64,000 nt of DNA from Eledone cirrhosa. Taxonomy: Eukaryota. Position 1 is the first letter of the stretch; each line of letters opens with the position of its first letter. Made by a program: the position numbers and the translations under genes. Under the pieces are notes generated by a model, which was not told the DNA's origin, ran no database searches, and was given only the letters and a program-made list of their open reading frames with translations. This document shows positions 39,168-53,254 of the stretch, piece after piece. The stretch covers positions 62,001-126,000 of the forward strand of contig OZ024745.1 of assembly GCA_964016885.1 (NCBI GenBank), read 5' to 3'.

Positions 39168-41645
39168 CATATATATACACCTATGAGACAATATATATAC
39201 TCCTATGACACTATATATACTCCTATGTCAATATATATACACCTATGACAATATATATACACCTATGTCAATATATATACACCTATGTCAATATATATAC
39301 ACCTATGTCAATATATATACACCTGTGTCAATATATATACACCTATGTCAATATATATACACCTATGTCAATATATATACACCTGTGTCAATATATATAC
39401 ACCTATGTCAATATATATACACCTATGTCAATATATATACACCTATGTCAATATATATACACCTGTGTCAATATATATACACCTGTGTCAATATATATAC
39501 ACCTGTGTCAATATATATACACCTGTGTCAATATATATACACCTATGTCAATATATATACACCTATGTCAATATATATACACCTGTGTCAATATATATAC
39601 ACCTGTGTCAATATATATACACCTAGGTCAATATATATACTCCTATGTCAATATATATACAGCTGTGTCAATATATATACACCTAGGTCAATATATATAC
39701 TCCTAGGTCAATATATATACACCTGTGTCAATATATACACACCTGTGTCAATATATATACACCTATGTCAATATATATATACACCTATGTCAATATATAT
39801 ACACCTATGTCAATATATATACTCCTATGTCAATATATATACTCCTATGTCAATATATATACAGCTGTGTCAATATATATACTCCTAGGTCAATATATAT
39901 ACTCCTAGGTCAATATATATACACATGTGTCAATATATATACACCTGTGTCAATATATATACACCTATGTTAATATATATACTCCTATGACAATATATAT
40001 ACTCCTATGTCAATATATACACACATGTGTCAATATATATACACCTATGTCAATATATATATACACCTATGACAATATATATACTCCTATGTCAATATAT
40101 ATACACCTATGTCAATATATATACACCTATGTCAATATATATACACCTATGTCAATATATATATACACCTCTGTCAATATATATACTCATATGTCAATAT
40201 ATATACCTGTGTCAATATATATACTCCTGTGACAATATATATATTCCTGTGTCAATATATATAACACCTATGTCAATATATATACTCCTATGTCAATATA
40301 TATATACACCTCTGTCAATATATATACACCTATGTCAATATATATATACCTATGTCAATATATATACTCCTGTGACAGTATATATACACCTATGTCAATA
40401 TATATACACCTATGTCAATATATATACACCTATGTCAATATATATACACCTATGTCAATATATATACACCTATGTCAATATATATACACCTATGTCAATA
40501 TATATACACCTATGTCAATATATATACACCTGTGTCAATATATATACACCTGTGTCAATATATATACACCTAGGTCAATATATAACACCTATGTCAATAT
40601 ATATACACCTACATCAATATATATACACCTATGTCAATATATATACACCTATGACAATATATATACACCTATGACAATATATATACACCTGTGTCAATAT
40701 ATATACACCTGTGTCAATATATATACACCTGTGTCAATATATATACACCTGTGTCGATATATATACACCTATGTCAATATATATACACCTGTGACAGTAT
40801 ATATACACCTATGTCATATATATACACCTATGTCAATATATATACTCCTGTGTCGATATATATACTCCTGTGTCAATATATATACACCTGTGACAGTATA
40901 TATACACCTATGACAGTATATATACACCTATATATATACACCTGTGACAGTACATATATACTCCTATATATACACCTGTGACAGTGTATATACACCTATA
41001 TATACACATATATACACCTGTGACAGTATATATACACCTGTACAGTATATATACACCTGTGACAGTGTATATACTCCTATATATACACCTATGACAGTAT
41101 ATATACACCTGTGACAGTGTATATACTCCTATATATACACCTGTGACAGTGTATATACTCATATATACACCTGTGACAATGTATATACTCCTATATATAT
41201 ACACCTGTGACAGTATAAATATACGCTATATATACACCTGTGACAGTGTATATACTCCTATATATACACCCGTGACAGTATATATACACCTATGACAGTA
41301 TATATACTACTATATATACACCTGTGACAGTGTATATACACCTGTGACAGTATATATACACCTATATATACACCTATGACAGTATATATACACCTGTGAC
41401 AGTATATATACACTATATATACACCTGTGACAGTATATATACACCTATATATACACCTGTGACAGTGTATATTCACCTATGACAGTATATATACACCTGT
41501 GACAGTGTATATACACCTATATATACACCTGTGACAGTATATATACACCTATATATACACCTGTGACAGTGTATATACCCTATACATACACCTGTGACAG
41601 TGTATATACACCTGTGACAGTATATATACACCTGTGACAGTGTAT
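39168..41645. repeat. 20-bp satellite (atatatatacacctRtgtca) grading into a tgacagt variant
   Basis: Perfect 20-bp register over 39240-39780, degenerate toward 41645. Confidence 0.96.
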
Positions 41646-41732
41646 TCAATCAATATACACACTGGGTTCTTAAGCATAAAATTATTGATCTTGTTTCAGT
41701 TTCAACCAAGAGAACAACGTACTGCATTACAC

Positions 41733-41931
<199 letters not shown>

Positions 41932-41934
41932 TTG

Positions 41935-42400
41935 TCATCTTCATTTTACCCCTGCTCTCCATGGTTGGATGGTTTGTCAGTGTGCCGAGACAAGTCCGAA
42001 TGTTTTATATTTGACATTGTTTCTACAGCAGGATCCCCTTCCTAATGACAACCACTTTACAGAGAGTACTGGGTGTATTTTATTTTATCTTGGTACCAAC
42101 ACAACCACTTTACTGGGTGTATTTTAGCATGACACCACATGACCACTTTACAGAGTGTACTGGGTGTGACACCACTACTACCACTTTACAGAGTGTACTG
42201 GGTGTATTTTATCATGACACCAACACTACCACTGTACAGAGTGTAGTGGGTGTGACACCACCACTACCACTTTACAGAGTGTACTGGGTGTATTTTATCA
42301 TGACACCAACACTACCACTTTACAGAGTGTACTGGGTGTGACAACACTACTACCACTTTACAGAGTGTACTGGGTGTATTTTATGACACCAGAGTGTACT
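41935..42400 (-). mobile_element. Decayed RTE-type tail with locally amplified accactttacagagtgtactgggtg module
   Basis: ttctacagcaggatccccttcctaatgacaaccactttacag followed by about 7 related modules. Confidence 0.65.
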
Positions 42401-43260
42401 GTAAATCATCATTGTCATTTTCATGTCCACTTTCGCTTTGTTTTGCTAAGTATTGATGCATGAATTTTATAGTTGGGTGCCTTTAATAATGTTTAGCACT
42501 CAACTCTGAACTGAGAAAGTGTATTTTTAGAGAGTCTGACTGGGAAAAATTGGAGCAATTTACTTTGTCTAAGACACCATAGAGAATGCTATAATAATCT
42601 TTAGGTTATTCAACTATAAATTGCTATTAAGATAGAAAACATTTACGAGAAAAAAAAATGTTAATATAAATGGAAATAGTTTAGTGCAAAGATTTTCTAC
42701 AGCCTGGTTGTTCTCATTTACTCAATAAAAAATAGTTTGAATGTATACACAAGCCAACCATTGTTAGAGTGCTAACAAAATGTATATTTATAATGGAGCA
42801 GTACATGTAGTATTGTCCCAGATTCAATGGGTTTCTGCAATTGCAGACTGCACAGATGGAAATAGGACAAATAAAAAGACACCAACATCAAATCAAAAAC
42901 AATGTCTAGTTGATCTTTTCACTCATGTAAAATATATAAAGTTAGAAATTTTCAAAGGTCAGTGAAAGCAACGGTATACATCATTATGTTACGTCCACTT
43001 TCCAAGCTAGCATAGGTTGGATATATTTGTCACTGAGTCAGTTCTTATTTGGAGTTACTACCATCCTAACCTGATCAGAGGATCATGTCTCACTTGTAAA
43101 GTTCTATTCTTGGAGTGGTTTCTATGGCTAGAGGCCCTTTCTTACACCAACCACTTTATGGTGTGTACCATGAGCATTTAACTGTGAAACCAGCACCATA
43201 GAGGTTGTTATGGCTTTAGCAACACTAAAAGGTCCTCTCTATACTATCTTGTTGCTACTA

Positions 43261-43302
<42 letters not shown>

Positions 43303-43303
43303 T

Positions 43304-44434
43304 AGGTGTTCATCAAGGCTCCATCCTTAGCCACCTCCTGTTTATTATTGCTCTACAAGCTATAACAGAAGAGTTTAAGACTGGCTGCCCATGGGAACTT
43401 CTATATGCAGATGATCTAACTCTCATAGCTGAATCGATGGATGAACTAGAGAAGAAATTCCAAACATGGAAGCATGGCCTAAAATCAAAAGGCCTTAAAG
43501 TTAACTTGTCTAAGACTAAAGTTCTAATATGTAGAAAGGAAAATCGGGCACAAGTACCCTCTGGGAAATGGCCATGCTCAGTATGTAAGAAAGGAGTAGG
43601 TAGAAATTCCATTCTATGCCCCAAATGCAAACTATGGGTACATAAAAGATGTAGTGGGATCACAGGCAAGCTATCTAAGAATGTAGATTTTATATGACAA
43701 AATCAGCAGTGGTGGAGGGTGTTCTGAAAGTACAGTAGCCAGAGTCAGAACTGGATGGAAAAGGTTCAGAGAGCTTATACCGCTGTTGGCCATAAGAAGT
43801 TTCTCTCTAAAAATGAAAGGCTTATTGTCTGATGCTTGTGTATGAACAGCAATGTTACATACATGGCAGTGAGACATGGGCATTTTGTGCAGAGGACCTG
43901 CGCAGACTGAAAAGGAATGAAGCATGCATGCTCCGTTGGATGTGTAATAGTAATATACATGAACGGCAAAGCATAAATGAACAAAGTGAGAAATTAGAAA
44001 TAAGAGGGATCAGATGCAGTTTACTTGAGAAGAGATTACATTGGTATGATCATGTGATGTGTACGAAGGACGATAGCTGTATAAAAAAGTGCAGGGCGAT
44101 CAAAATTGATGGAAGCTTCGGAGTAGGTAGACCCAGAAAAACCTAGGACGATTTGAAAAAAATCTAACCTTGCACACTTACACCTCTCTAAGACAGTGTC
44201 ACTGGAATGAGATCTTTGGCGCTATGCAGTAAGAAGGAAGACCCGCCTTTCCTTGCGTACAAAGTTAACCTACAGTCAGTAGGCCCCCGCAAACCAAACA
44301 TACACCCCAACCCAGACACCCTAATCCATTCTCACACTCTCAGCAACACCACCCTTTCTCTGTAAAGTTATGTTAGTACCACAGAATATCCAGTCCAAAT
44401 TAAAGAGGTTATGTAGGTGCCTCGACAAAAAGCA
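43304..44434 (+). mobile_element. RTE LINE fragment (RT from GVHQGS/LYADD, internal deletion near 43695, stops) and start of its 3' UTR
   Basis: GVHQGSILSHLLFIIALQAITEEFKTGCPWELLYADDL, then PHD-type cysteines, HGSETW, GRPRKT. Confidence 0.92.
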
Positions 44435-47400
44435 CCCAGTCCACGCTGTAAAGTGGTCGTGTAGAAGGCACGATAAAAAGGCTCCCAGTCCACGCTGTAA
44501 AGTGGTCGTGTAGGAGACACGGTAAAAAGGCTCCCAGTCCACGCTGTAAAGTGGTCGTGTAGGAGACACGGTAAAAAGGCTCCCAGTCAACGCTGTAAAG
44601 TGGTCGTGTAGGAGACACGGGAAAAAGGCTCCCAGTCCATGCTGTAAAGTGGTCGTGTAGAAGACATGGTAAAAAGGCTCCCAGTCCACGCTGTAAAGTG
44701 GTCGTGTAGGAGACACCGTAAAAAGGCTCCCAGTCCACGCTGTAAAGTGGTCGTGTAGGAGACACGGTAAAACGGCTCCCAGTCCACGCTGTAAAGTGGT
44801 CGTGTAGGAGACATGGTAAACAGGCTCCCAGTCCACGCTGTAAAGTGGTCGTGTAGGAGACACGGTAAAAAGGCTCCCAGTCCACGCTGTAAAGTGGTCG
44901 TGTAGGAGACACGGTAAAAAGGCTCCCAGTCAACGCTGTAAAGTGGTCGTGTAGGAGACACGGGAAAAAGGCTCCCAGTCCATGCTGTAAAGTGGTCGTG
45001 TAGAAGACATGGTAAAAAGGCTCCCAGTCCACGCTGTAAAGTGGTCGTGTAGGAGACACCGTAAAAAGGCTCCCAGTCCACGCTGTAAAGTGGTCGTGTA
45101 GGAGACACGGTAAAACGGCTCCCAGTCCACGCTGTAAAGTGGTCGTGTAGGAGACATGGTAAACAGGCTCCCAGTCCACGCTGTAAAGTGGTCGTGTAGG
45201 AGACACGGTAAAAAGGCTCCCAGTCCACGCTGTAAAGTGGTCGTGTAGGAGACACGGTAAAAAGGCTCCCAGTCCACGCTGTAAAGTGGTCGTGTAGGAG
45301 ACACGGTAAAAAGGCTCCCAGTCCACGCTGTAAAGTGGTCGTGTAGGAGACACGGTAAAAAGGCTCCCAGTCCACGCTGTAAAGTGGTCGTGTAGGAGAC
45401 ATGGTAAACAGGCTCTCAGTCCACGCTGTAAAGTGGTCGTGTAGGAGACAAGGTAAAAAGTCTCCCAGTCCATGCTGTAAAGTGGTCGTGTAGGAGACAC
45501 GGTAAAAAGGCTCCCAGTCCACGCTGTAAAGTGGTCGTGTAGGAGACACGGTAAAAAGGCTCCCAGTCCACGCTGTAAAGTGGTCGTGTAGGAGACAAGG
45601 TAAAAAGTCTCCCAGTCCATGCTGTAAAGTGGTCGTGTAGGAGACACAGTAAAAAGGCTCCCAGTCCACGCTGTAAAGTGGTCGTGTAGGAGACACAGTA
45701 AAAAAGCTCCCAGTCCATGCTGTAAAGTGGTCGTGTAGGAGACACGGTAAAAAGGCTCCCAGTCCACGCTGTAAAGTGGTCGTGTAGGAGACACGGTAAA
45801 AAGGCTCCCAGTCCACGCTGTAAAGTGGTCGTGTAGGAGACACGGTAAAAAGGCTCCCAGTCCACGCTGTAAAGTGGTCGTGTAGGAGACACGGTAAAAA
45901 GTCTCCCAGTCCATGCTGTAAAGTGGTCGTGTAAGAGACACGGTAAAAAGGCTCCCAGACCACGCTGTAAAGTGGTCGTGTAGGAGACACGGTAAAAAGG
46001 CTCCCAGTCCACGCTGTAAAGTGGTCGTGTAGGAGACACGTTAAAAAGTCTCCCAGTCCATGCTTTAAAGTGGTCGTGTAGGAGACACGGTAAAAAGTCT
46101 CCCAGTCCACGCTGTAAAGTGGTCGTGTAGGAGACACGGTAAAAAGGCTCCCAGTCCACGCTGTAAAGTGGTCGTGTAGGAAACACGGTAAAAAGGCTCC
46201 CAGTCCACGCTGTAAAGTGGTCGTGTAGGAGACACGGTAAAAAGGCTGCCAGTCCACGCTGTAAAGTGGTCGTGTAGGAGACACGGTAAAAAGGCTCCCA
46301 GTCCACGCTGTAAAGTGGTCGTGTAGGAGACACGGTAAAAAGGCTCCCAGTCCACGCTGTAAAGTGGTCGTGTAGGAGACACGGTAAAAAGTCTCCCAGT
46401 CCATGCTGTAAAGTGGTCGTGTAAGAGACACGGTAAAAAGGCTCCCAGACCACGCTGTAAAGTGGTCGTGTAGGAGACACGGTAAAAAGGCTCCCAGTCC
46501 ACGCTGTAAAGTGGTCGTGTAGGAGACACGGTAAAAAGGCTCCCAGTCCACGCTGTAAAGTGGTCGTGTAGGAGACACGGTAAAAAGGCTCCCAGTCCAC
46601 GCTGTAAAGTGGTCGTGTAGGAGACACGGTAAAAAGGCTCCCAGTCCACGCTGTAAAGTGGTCGTGTAGGAGACATGGTAAACAGGCTCTCAGTCCACGC
46701 TGTAAAGTGGTCGTGTAGGAGACAAGGTAAAAAGTCTCCCAGTCCATGCTGTAAAGTGGTCGTGTAGGAGACACGGTAAAAAGGCTCCCAGTCCACGCTG
46801 TAAAGTGGTCGTGTAGGAGACACGGTAAAAAGGCTCCCAGTCCACGCTGTAAAGTGGTCGTGTAGGAGACAAGGTAAAAAGTCTCCCAGTCCATGCTGTA
46901 AAGTGGTCGTGTAGGAGACACAGTAAAAAGGCTCCCAGTCCACGCTGTAAAGTGGTCGTGTAGGAGACACAGTAAAAAAGCTCCCAGTCCATGCTGTAAA
47001 GTGGTCGTGTAGGAGACACGGTAAAAAGGCTCCCAGTCCACGCTGTAAAGTGGTCGTGTAGGAGACACGGTAAAAAGGCTCCCAGTCCACGCTGTAAAGT
47101 GGTCGTGTAGGAGACACGGTAAAAAGGCTCCCAGTCCACGCTGTAAAGTGGTCGTGTAGGAGACACGGTAAAAAGTCTCCCAGTCCATGCTGTAAAGTGG
47201 TCGTGTAAGAGACACGGTAAAAAGGCTCCCAGACCACGCTGTAAAGTGGTCGTGTAGGAGACACGGTAAAAAGGCTCCCAGTCCACGCTGTAAAGTGGTC
47301 GTGTAGGAGACACGTTAAAAAGTCTCCCAGTCCATGCTTTAAAGTGGTCGTGTAGGAGACACGGTAAAAAGTCTCCCAGTCCACGCTGTAAAGTGGTCGT

Positions 47401-50400
47401 GTAGGAGACACGGTAAAAAGGCTCCCAGTCCACGCTGTAAAGTGGTCGTGTAGGAAACACGGTAAAAAGGCTCCCAGTCCACGCTGTAAAGTGGTCGTGT
47501 AGGAGACACGGTAAAAAGGCTGCCAGTCCACGCTGTAAAGTGGTCGTGTAGGAGACACGGTAAAAAGGCTCCCAGTCCACGCTGTAAAGTGGTCGTGTAG
47601 GAGACACGGTAAAAAGGCTCCCAGTCCACGCTGTAAAGTGGTCGTGTAGGAGACACGGTAAAAAGTCTCCCAGTCCATGCTGTAAAGTGGTCGTGTAAGA
47701 GACACGGTAAAAAGGCTCCCAGACCACGCTGTAAAGTGGTCGTGTAGGAGACACGGTAAAAAGGCTCCCAGTCCACGCTGTAAAGTGGTCGTGTAGGAGA
47801 CACGTTAAAAAGTCTCCCAGTCCATGCTTTAAAGTGGTCGTGTAGGAGACACGGTAAAAAGTCTCCCAGTCCACGCTGTAAAGTGGTCGTGTAGGAGACA
47901 CGGTAAAAAGGCTCCCAGTCCACGGTGTAAAGTGGTCGTGTAGGAGACACGGTAAAAAGTCTCCCAGTCCACACTGTAAAGTGGTCGTGTAGGAGACACG
48001 GTAAAAAGTCTCCCAGTCCACGCTGTAAAGTGGTCGTGTAGGAGACACGGTAAAACGGCTCCCAGTCCACACTGTAAAGTGGTCGTGTAGGAGACACGGT
48101 AAAAAGTCTCCCAGTCCACACTGTAAAGTGGTCGTGTAGGAGACACGGTAAAAAGTCTCCCAGTCCACACTGTAAAGTGGTCGTGTAGGAGACACGGTAA
48201 AAAGTCTCCCAGTCCACGCTGTAAAGTGGTCGTGTAGGAGACACGGTAAAACGGCTCCCAGTCCACACTGTAAAGTGGTCGTGTAGGAGACACGGTAAAA
48301 AGTCTCCCAGTCCACACTGTAAAGTGGTCGTGTAGGAGACACGGTAAAAAGTCTCCCAGTCCACACTGTAAAGTGGTCGTGTAGGAGACACGGTAAAAAG
48401 TCTCCCAGTCCACGCTGTAAAGTGGTCGTGTAGGAGACACGGTAAAACGGCTCCCAGTCCACACTGTAAAGTGGTCGTGTAGGAGACACGGTAAAAAGTC
48501 TCCCAGTCCACACTGTAAAGTGGTCGTGTAGGAGACACGGTAAAAAGTCTCCCAGTCCACACTGTAAAGTGGTCGTGTAGGAGACACGGTAAAAAGTCTC
48601 CCAGTCCACGCTGTAAAGTGGTCGTGTAGGAGACACGGTAAAACGGCTCCCAGTCCATGCTGTAAAGTGGTCGTGTAGGAGACACGGTAAAAAGTCTCCC
48701 AGTCCACGCTGTAAAGTGGTCGTGTAGGAGACACGGTAAAATGGCTCCCAGTCCACGCTGTAAAGTGGTCGTGTAGGAGACACGGTAAAAAGTCTCCCAG
48801 TCCACGCTGTAAAGTGGTCGTGTAGGAGACACGGTAAAAAAGCTCCCAGTCCACGCTGTAAAGTGGTCGTGTAGGAGACAACATAAAAAGTCTCCCAGTC
48901 CACGCTGTAAAGTGGTCGTGTAGGAGACGTGGTAAAAAAGCTCCCAGTCCACACTGTAAAGTGGTCGTGTAGGAGACACGGTAAAAAGGCTCCCAGTCCA
49001 TGCTGTAAAGTGGTCGTGTAGGCGACACGGTAAAACGGCTCCCAGTCCATGCTGTAAAGTGGTCGTGTAGGAGACACGGTAAAAAGTCTCCCAGTCCACG
49101 CTGTAAAGTGGTCGTGTAGGAGACACGGTAAAATGGCTCCCAGTCCACGCTGTAAAGTGGTCGTGTAGGAGACACGGTAAAAAGTCTCCCAGTCCACGCT
49201 GTAAAGTGGTCGTGTAGGAGACACGGTAAAAAAGCTCCCAGTCCACGCTGTAAAGTGGTCGTGTAGGAGACAACATAAAAAGTCTCCCAGTCCACGCTGT
49301 AAAGTGGTCGTGTAGGAGACATGGTAAAAAAGCTCCCAGTCCACACTGTAAAGTGGTCGTGTAGGAGACACGGTAAAAAGGCTCCCAGTCCACGCTGTAA
49401 AGTGGTCGTGTAGGAGACACGGTAAAAAAGCTCCCAGTCCACGCTGTAAAGTGGTCGTGTAGGAGACACGGTAAACAGGCTCTCAGTCCACGCTGTAAAG
49501 TGGTCGTGTAGGAGACATGGTAAAAAGGCTCCCAGTCCACGCTGTAAAGTGGTCGTGTAGGAGACATGGTAAAAAGGCTCCCAGTCCACGCTGTAAAGTG
49601 GTCGTGTAGGAGACACAGTAAAAAGGCTCCCAGTCCACGCTGTAAAGTGGTCGTGTAGGAGACACGGTAAAAAGTCTCCCATTCCATGCTGTAAAGTGGT
49701 CGTGTAGGAGACACGGTAAAAAGGCTCCCAGTCCACGCTGTAAAGTGGTCGTGTAGGAGACACGGTAAAAAGGCTCCCAGTCCACGCTGTAAAGTGGTCG
49801 TGTAGGAGACACGGTAAAAAGTCTCCCAGTCCACGCTGTAAAGTGGTCGTGTAGGAGACACGGTAAAACGGCTCCCAGTCCAAGCTGTAAAGTGGTCGTG
49901 TAGGAGACACGGTAAAAAGGCTCCCAGTCCACGCTGTAAATTGGTCGTGTAGGAGACACGGTAAAAAGGCTCCCAGTCCACGCTGTAAAGTGGTCGTGTA
50001 GGAGACACGGTAAAAAGGCTCCCAGTCCACGCTGTAAAGTGGTCGTGTAGGAGACACGGTAAAAAGGCTCCCAGTCCACGCTGTAAAGTGGTCGTGTAGG
50101 AGACACGGTAAAAAGGCTCCCAGTCCACGCTGTAAAGTGGTCGTGTAGGAGACACGGTAAAAAGGCTCCCAGTCCACGCTGTAAAGTGGTCGTGTAGGAG
50201 ACACGGTAAAAAGGCTCCCAGTCCACGCTGTAAAGTGGTCGTGTAGGAGACACGGTAAAAAGGCTCCCAGTCCACGCTGTAAAGTGGTCGTGTAGGAGAC
50301 ATGGTAAAAAGTCTCCCAGTCCACGCTGTAAAGTGGTCGTGTAGGAGACACGGTAAATAGGCTCCCAGTCCACGCTGTAAAGTGGTCGTGTAGGAGACAC

Positions 50401-51303
50401 GGTAAAAAGGCTCCCAGTCCACGCTGTAAAGTGGTCGTGTAGGAGACACGGTAAAAAGGCTCCCAGTCCACGCTGTAAAGTGGTCGTGTAGGAGACATGG
50501 TAAAAAGGCTCTCAGTCCACGCTGTAAAGTGGTCGTGTAGGAGACATGGTAAAAAGGCTCTCAGTCCACGCTGTAAAGTGGTCGTGTAGGAGACACGGTA
50601 AAAAGGCTCCCAGTCCACGCTGTAAAGTGGTCGTGTAGGAGACACGGTAAAAAGGCTCTCAGTCCACGCTGTAAAGTGGTCGTGTAGGAGACATGGTAAA
50701 AAGGCTCCCAGTCCACGCTGTAAAGTGGTCGTGTAGGAGACACGGTAAAAAGGCTCCCAGTCCACGCTGTAAAGTGGTCGTGTAGGAGACACGGTAAAAA
50801 GGCTCCCAGTCCACGCTGTAAAGTGGTCGTGTAGGAGACACGGTAAAAAGGCTCCCAGTCCACGCTGTAAAGTGGTCGTGTAGGAGACACGGTAAAAAGT
50901 CTCCCAGTCCACGCTGTAAAGTGGTCGTGTAGGAGACACGGTAAAAAGGCTCCCAGTCCACACTGTAAAGTGGTCGTGTAGGAGACACGGTAAAAAGGCT
51001 CTCAGTCCACGCTGTAAAGTGGTCGTGTAGGAGACATGGTAAACAGGCTTCCAGTCCACGCTGTAAAGTGGTCGTGTAGGAGACACGGTAAAAAGGCTCC
51101 CAGTCCATGCTGTAAAGTGGTCGTGTAGGAGACACGGTAAAAAGGCTCCCAGTCCATGCTGTAATGTTGTGTAGGAGACACCGTAAAAAGGCTCCCAGTC
51201 CATGCTGTAAAGTGGTCCTGTAGGAGACACAATAAAAAGGCTCCCAGTCCATGCTGTAATGTCGTGTAGGAGACACAATAAAAAGGTTCCCAGTCCACGC
51301 TTT
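44435..51303. repeat. 49-bp satellite, about 140 copies, with higher-order repeats
   Basis: Unit cccagtccacgctgtaaagtggtcgtgtaggagacacggtaaaaaggct; source of all SPTRPLYSVDW ORFs. Confidence 0.98.
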
Positions 51304-51432
51304 AAATGTGGTTGGTGTTAGGGAGGGCCTCCAGCCGTAGAAAACCAGACAGAAACAGTTCTATACGAGCAAGACAAATCCATCCAACCCATGCTAGCGT
51401 GGAAGATAGGTGTTAAATGATGATGGTGATAT
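51304..51432 (+). mobile_element. Remaining 3' end of the 43304 RTE copy
   Basis: aaatgtggttggtgttagggagggc...aacccatgctagcgtggaag...gttaaatgatgatggtgat. Confidence 0.88.
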
Positions 51433-51962
51433 ATATAGCCGCCAAGATGTGTGTGTATATTATATATAGGCACAGCGTTGACCTGTGTGTAACATTTCTC
51501 TTTGTTAATTTGAAAATATTAAAACTGGACTGAAACAGATTTACTGACTAGAACATATTGGAGATCAAGTCATCCTTACCTCCGGGGCTTTGTGTTAGAA
51601 AAAATGTGTTGATGAACAATGCATGTGCACGCGGACTAACACACATACACACGCACGCGCACACACAGACCTGATGTGGAATGGAATGAAAAGAAAAGTG
51701 TGTGTGTGTGCCACATTAAATTATCTTACCCTCATCAAAGTGATAATGTGATATAATTTCCTAGCAATATTTGTTATTACTAGAAAAGTCTTTGTTCGTG
51801 TCAATTTAAGATATAATACATTAAGATCCACTTTCTAGGTTTGACCTCCTTAATATTTTCGGAGAAATGTCAAAAATCTTTAGAGTTGTCTATGTTATGT
51901 AACATTATTAAAGTGTCCTATTTATTATTATTATTCTGCAGAACTTTTATTATTCCCAGAAT

Positions 51963-52153
51963 GGGCGGTGAATTGGCAGTATCGGTAGAGGGTCAGACGC
52001 CATGCTTTGACGCATAGAGTTATGGCCCTTGCCATTCTGAGTTCAAATCCCGCTGAGGTTAACTTTGCCTTTCATCCTTACGGGGTTGATAAAATAAAGT
52101 ACCAGTAATGTACTGAGTAATTGCTGGCCTTGTGCCAATAGTAGAAACAATTA
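51963..52153 (+). mobile_element. Full-length SINE family B with about 20-bp target-site duplication
   Basis: ggcggtgaattggcag head, gagttcaaatcc B box; ttattattctgcagaacttt on both sides. Confidence 0.9.
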
Positions 52154-52352
52154 TTATTCTGCAGAACTTTAGTCTAAGGTTACTTAGATGTGGGGTAAAG
52201 TTTCTAAACACTACATTCTAATTACTCTCATTCTCATAAAAACATTAAATTTCTACTTCTGTTACCATAGAAAACTCTCCATTTTCCCATCAGATAAGAC
52301 ATGAGAGATATAGTGGTCTCAAGAATGAGTACTCTATACAGGAGTAGAGGGT

Positions 52353-52785
52353 GATAATTTCTGATTTAGGCACAAGGCCAACAGTTTGGGGGAGGGGAAA
52401 GTCAATTAAACAGACACCAGTGCATTACTGGTACTTTATTTTATCAACCCCATAAAGATGAAAGGTAAAGCTAACCATTTGTGGGATTTGAAATACATCA
52501 AGGGCATAACCGTGAAGCACAGTGCCTGACGCTCTACCGATATTGGCAATCCACCACCCTTAAATAATAATGGTTTCTGATTTAGGTGCAAGGCCAACAC
52601 AATTGGAGAGGGGGGGGGGGGGGGGTTCAAGTTGAGTAAACCAGCCCCAGTACGTTACTGATACCTTATTTCATCGACCTCATAAGGATGAAAAGTAAAA
52701 TTAACATCATTGGGATTTAAACTGAGAACATAAAGGGACGTAACTATATGCTGAAAAGCACAGTGTCTGACACTCTACCAATAGT
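52353..52785 (-). mobile_element. Two tandem decayed family B SINEs
   Basis: Two repeats of tttctgatttagg..caaggccaac...ttattt.atc.acc.cataa.gatgaaa.gtaaa. Confidence 0.75.
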
Positions 52786-53254
52786 CTAATTTAGTTGCAA
52801 AGCTTTCTGTTTTTGTAAAAATATTAAGAATTATTAATTTAATAATACATATGAAGTTTAAGATTTTCATCTATAAAAAAACTACAGCCTATACAGAATG
52901 AGGTATGATAAAGTGGACATAAAGAATATCTAGCATCTTATAGAACAAAAGAATATTTTGTATTTAAAACCCTTGAGAGATTTTATAGATATAACTCACT
53001 CCAGCAAATGACGGCAAAGATATATGTATAGACATTGAGAATTGCTTTTCTGAAGCATAAACACACAGCTAAATATATAGACGCACTCAGAGAAAAGATA
53101 CTATTGATTTTTATCTTTGGAATAAGGCTATGGGCAGGAAAAGAGGTAAGATTGAATAAGATACTGATATTTATTTCATCTGTCCTCGGGGAATGGAAGA
53201 GAAAGGTAACTATGGCAGGATTTGAACTCAGAATATGGGGGACAAGTGAAGGTG

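Noticed and set aside
39205-41476. YIYT/CQYIY ORFs and other (TA)n, (CA)n, (GA)n ORFs
   Set aside because: Simple-repeat translations
44321-51298. ORFs up to 1149 aa (SPTRPLYSVDW...)
   Set aside because: The 49-bp unit has no minus-strand stop in any frame; it is intronic satellite derived from a LINE UTR
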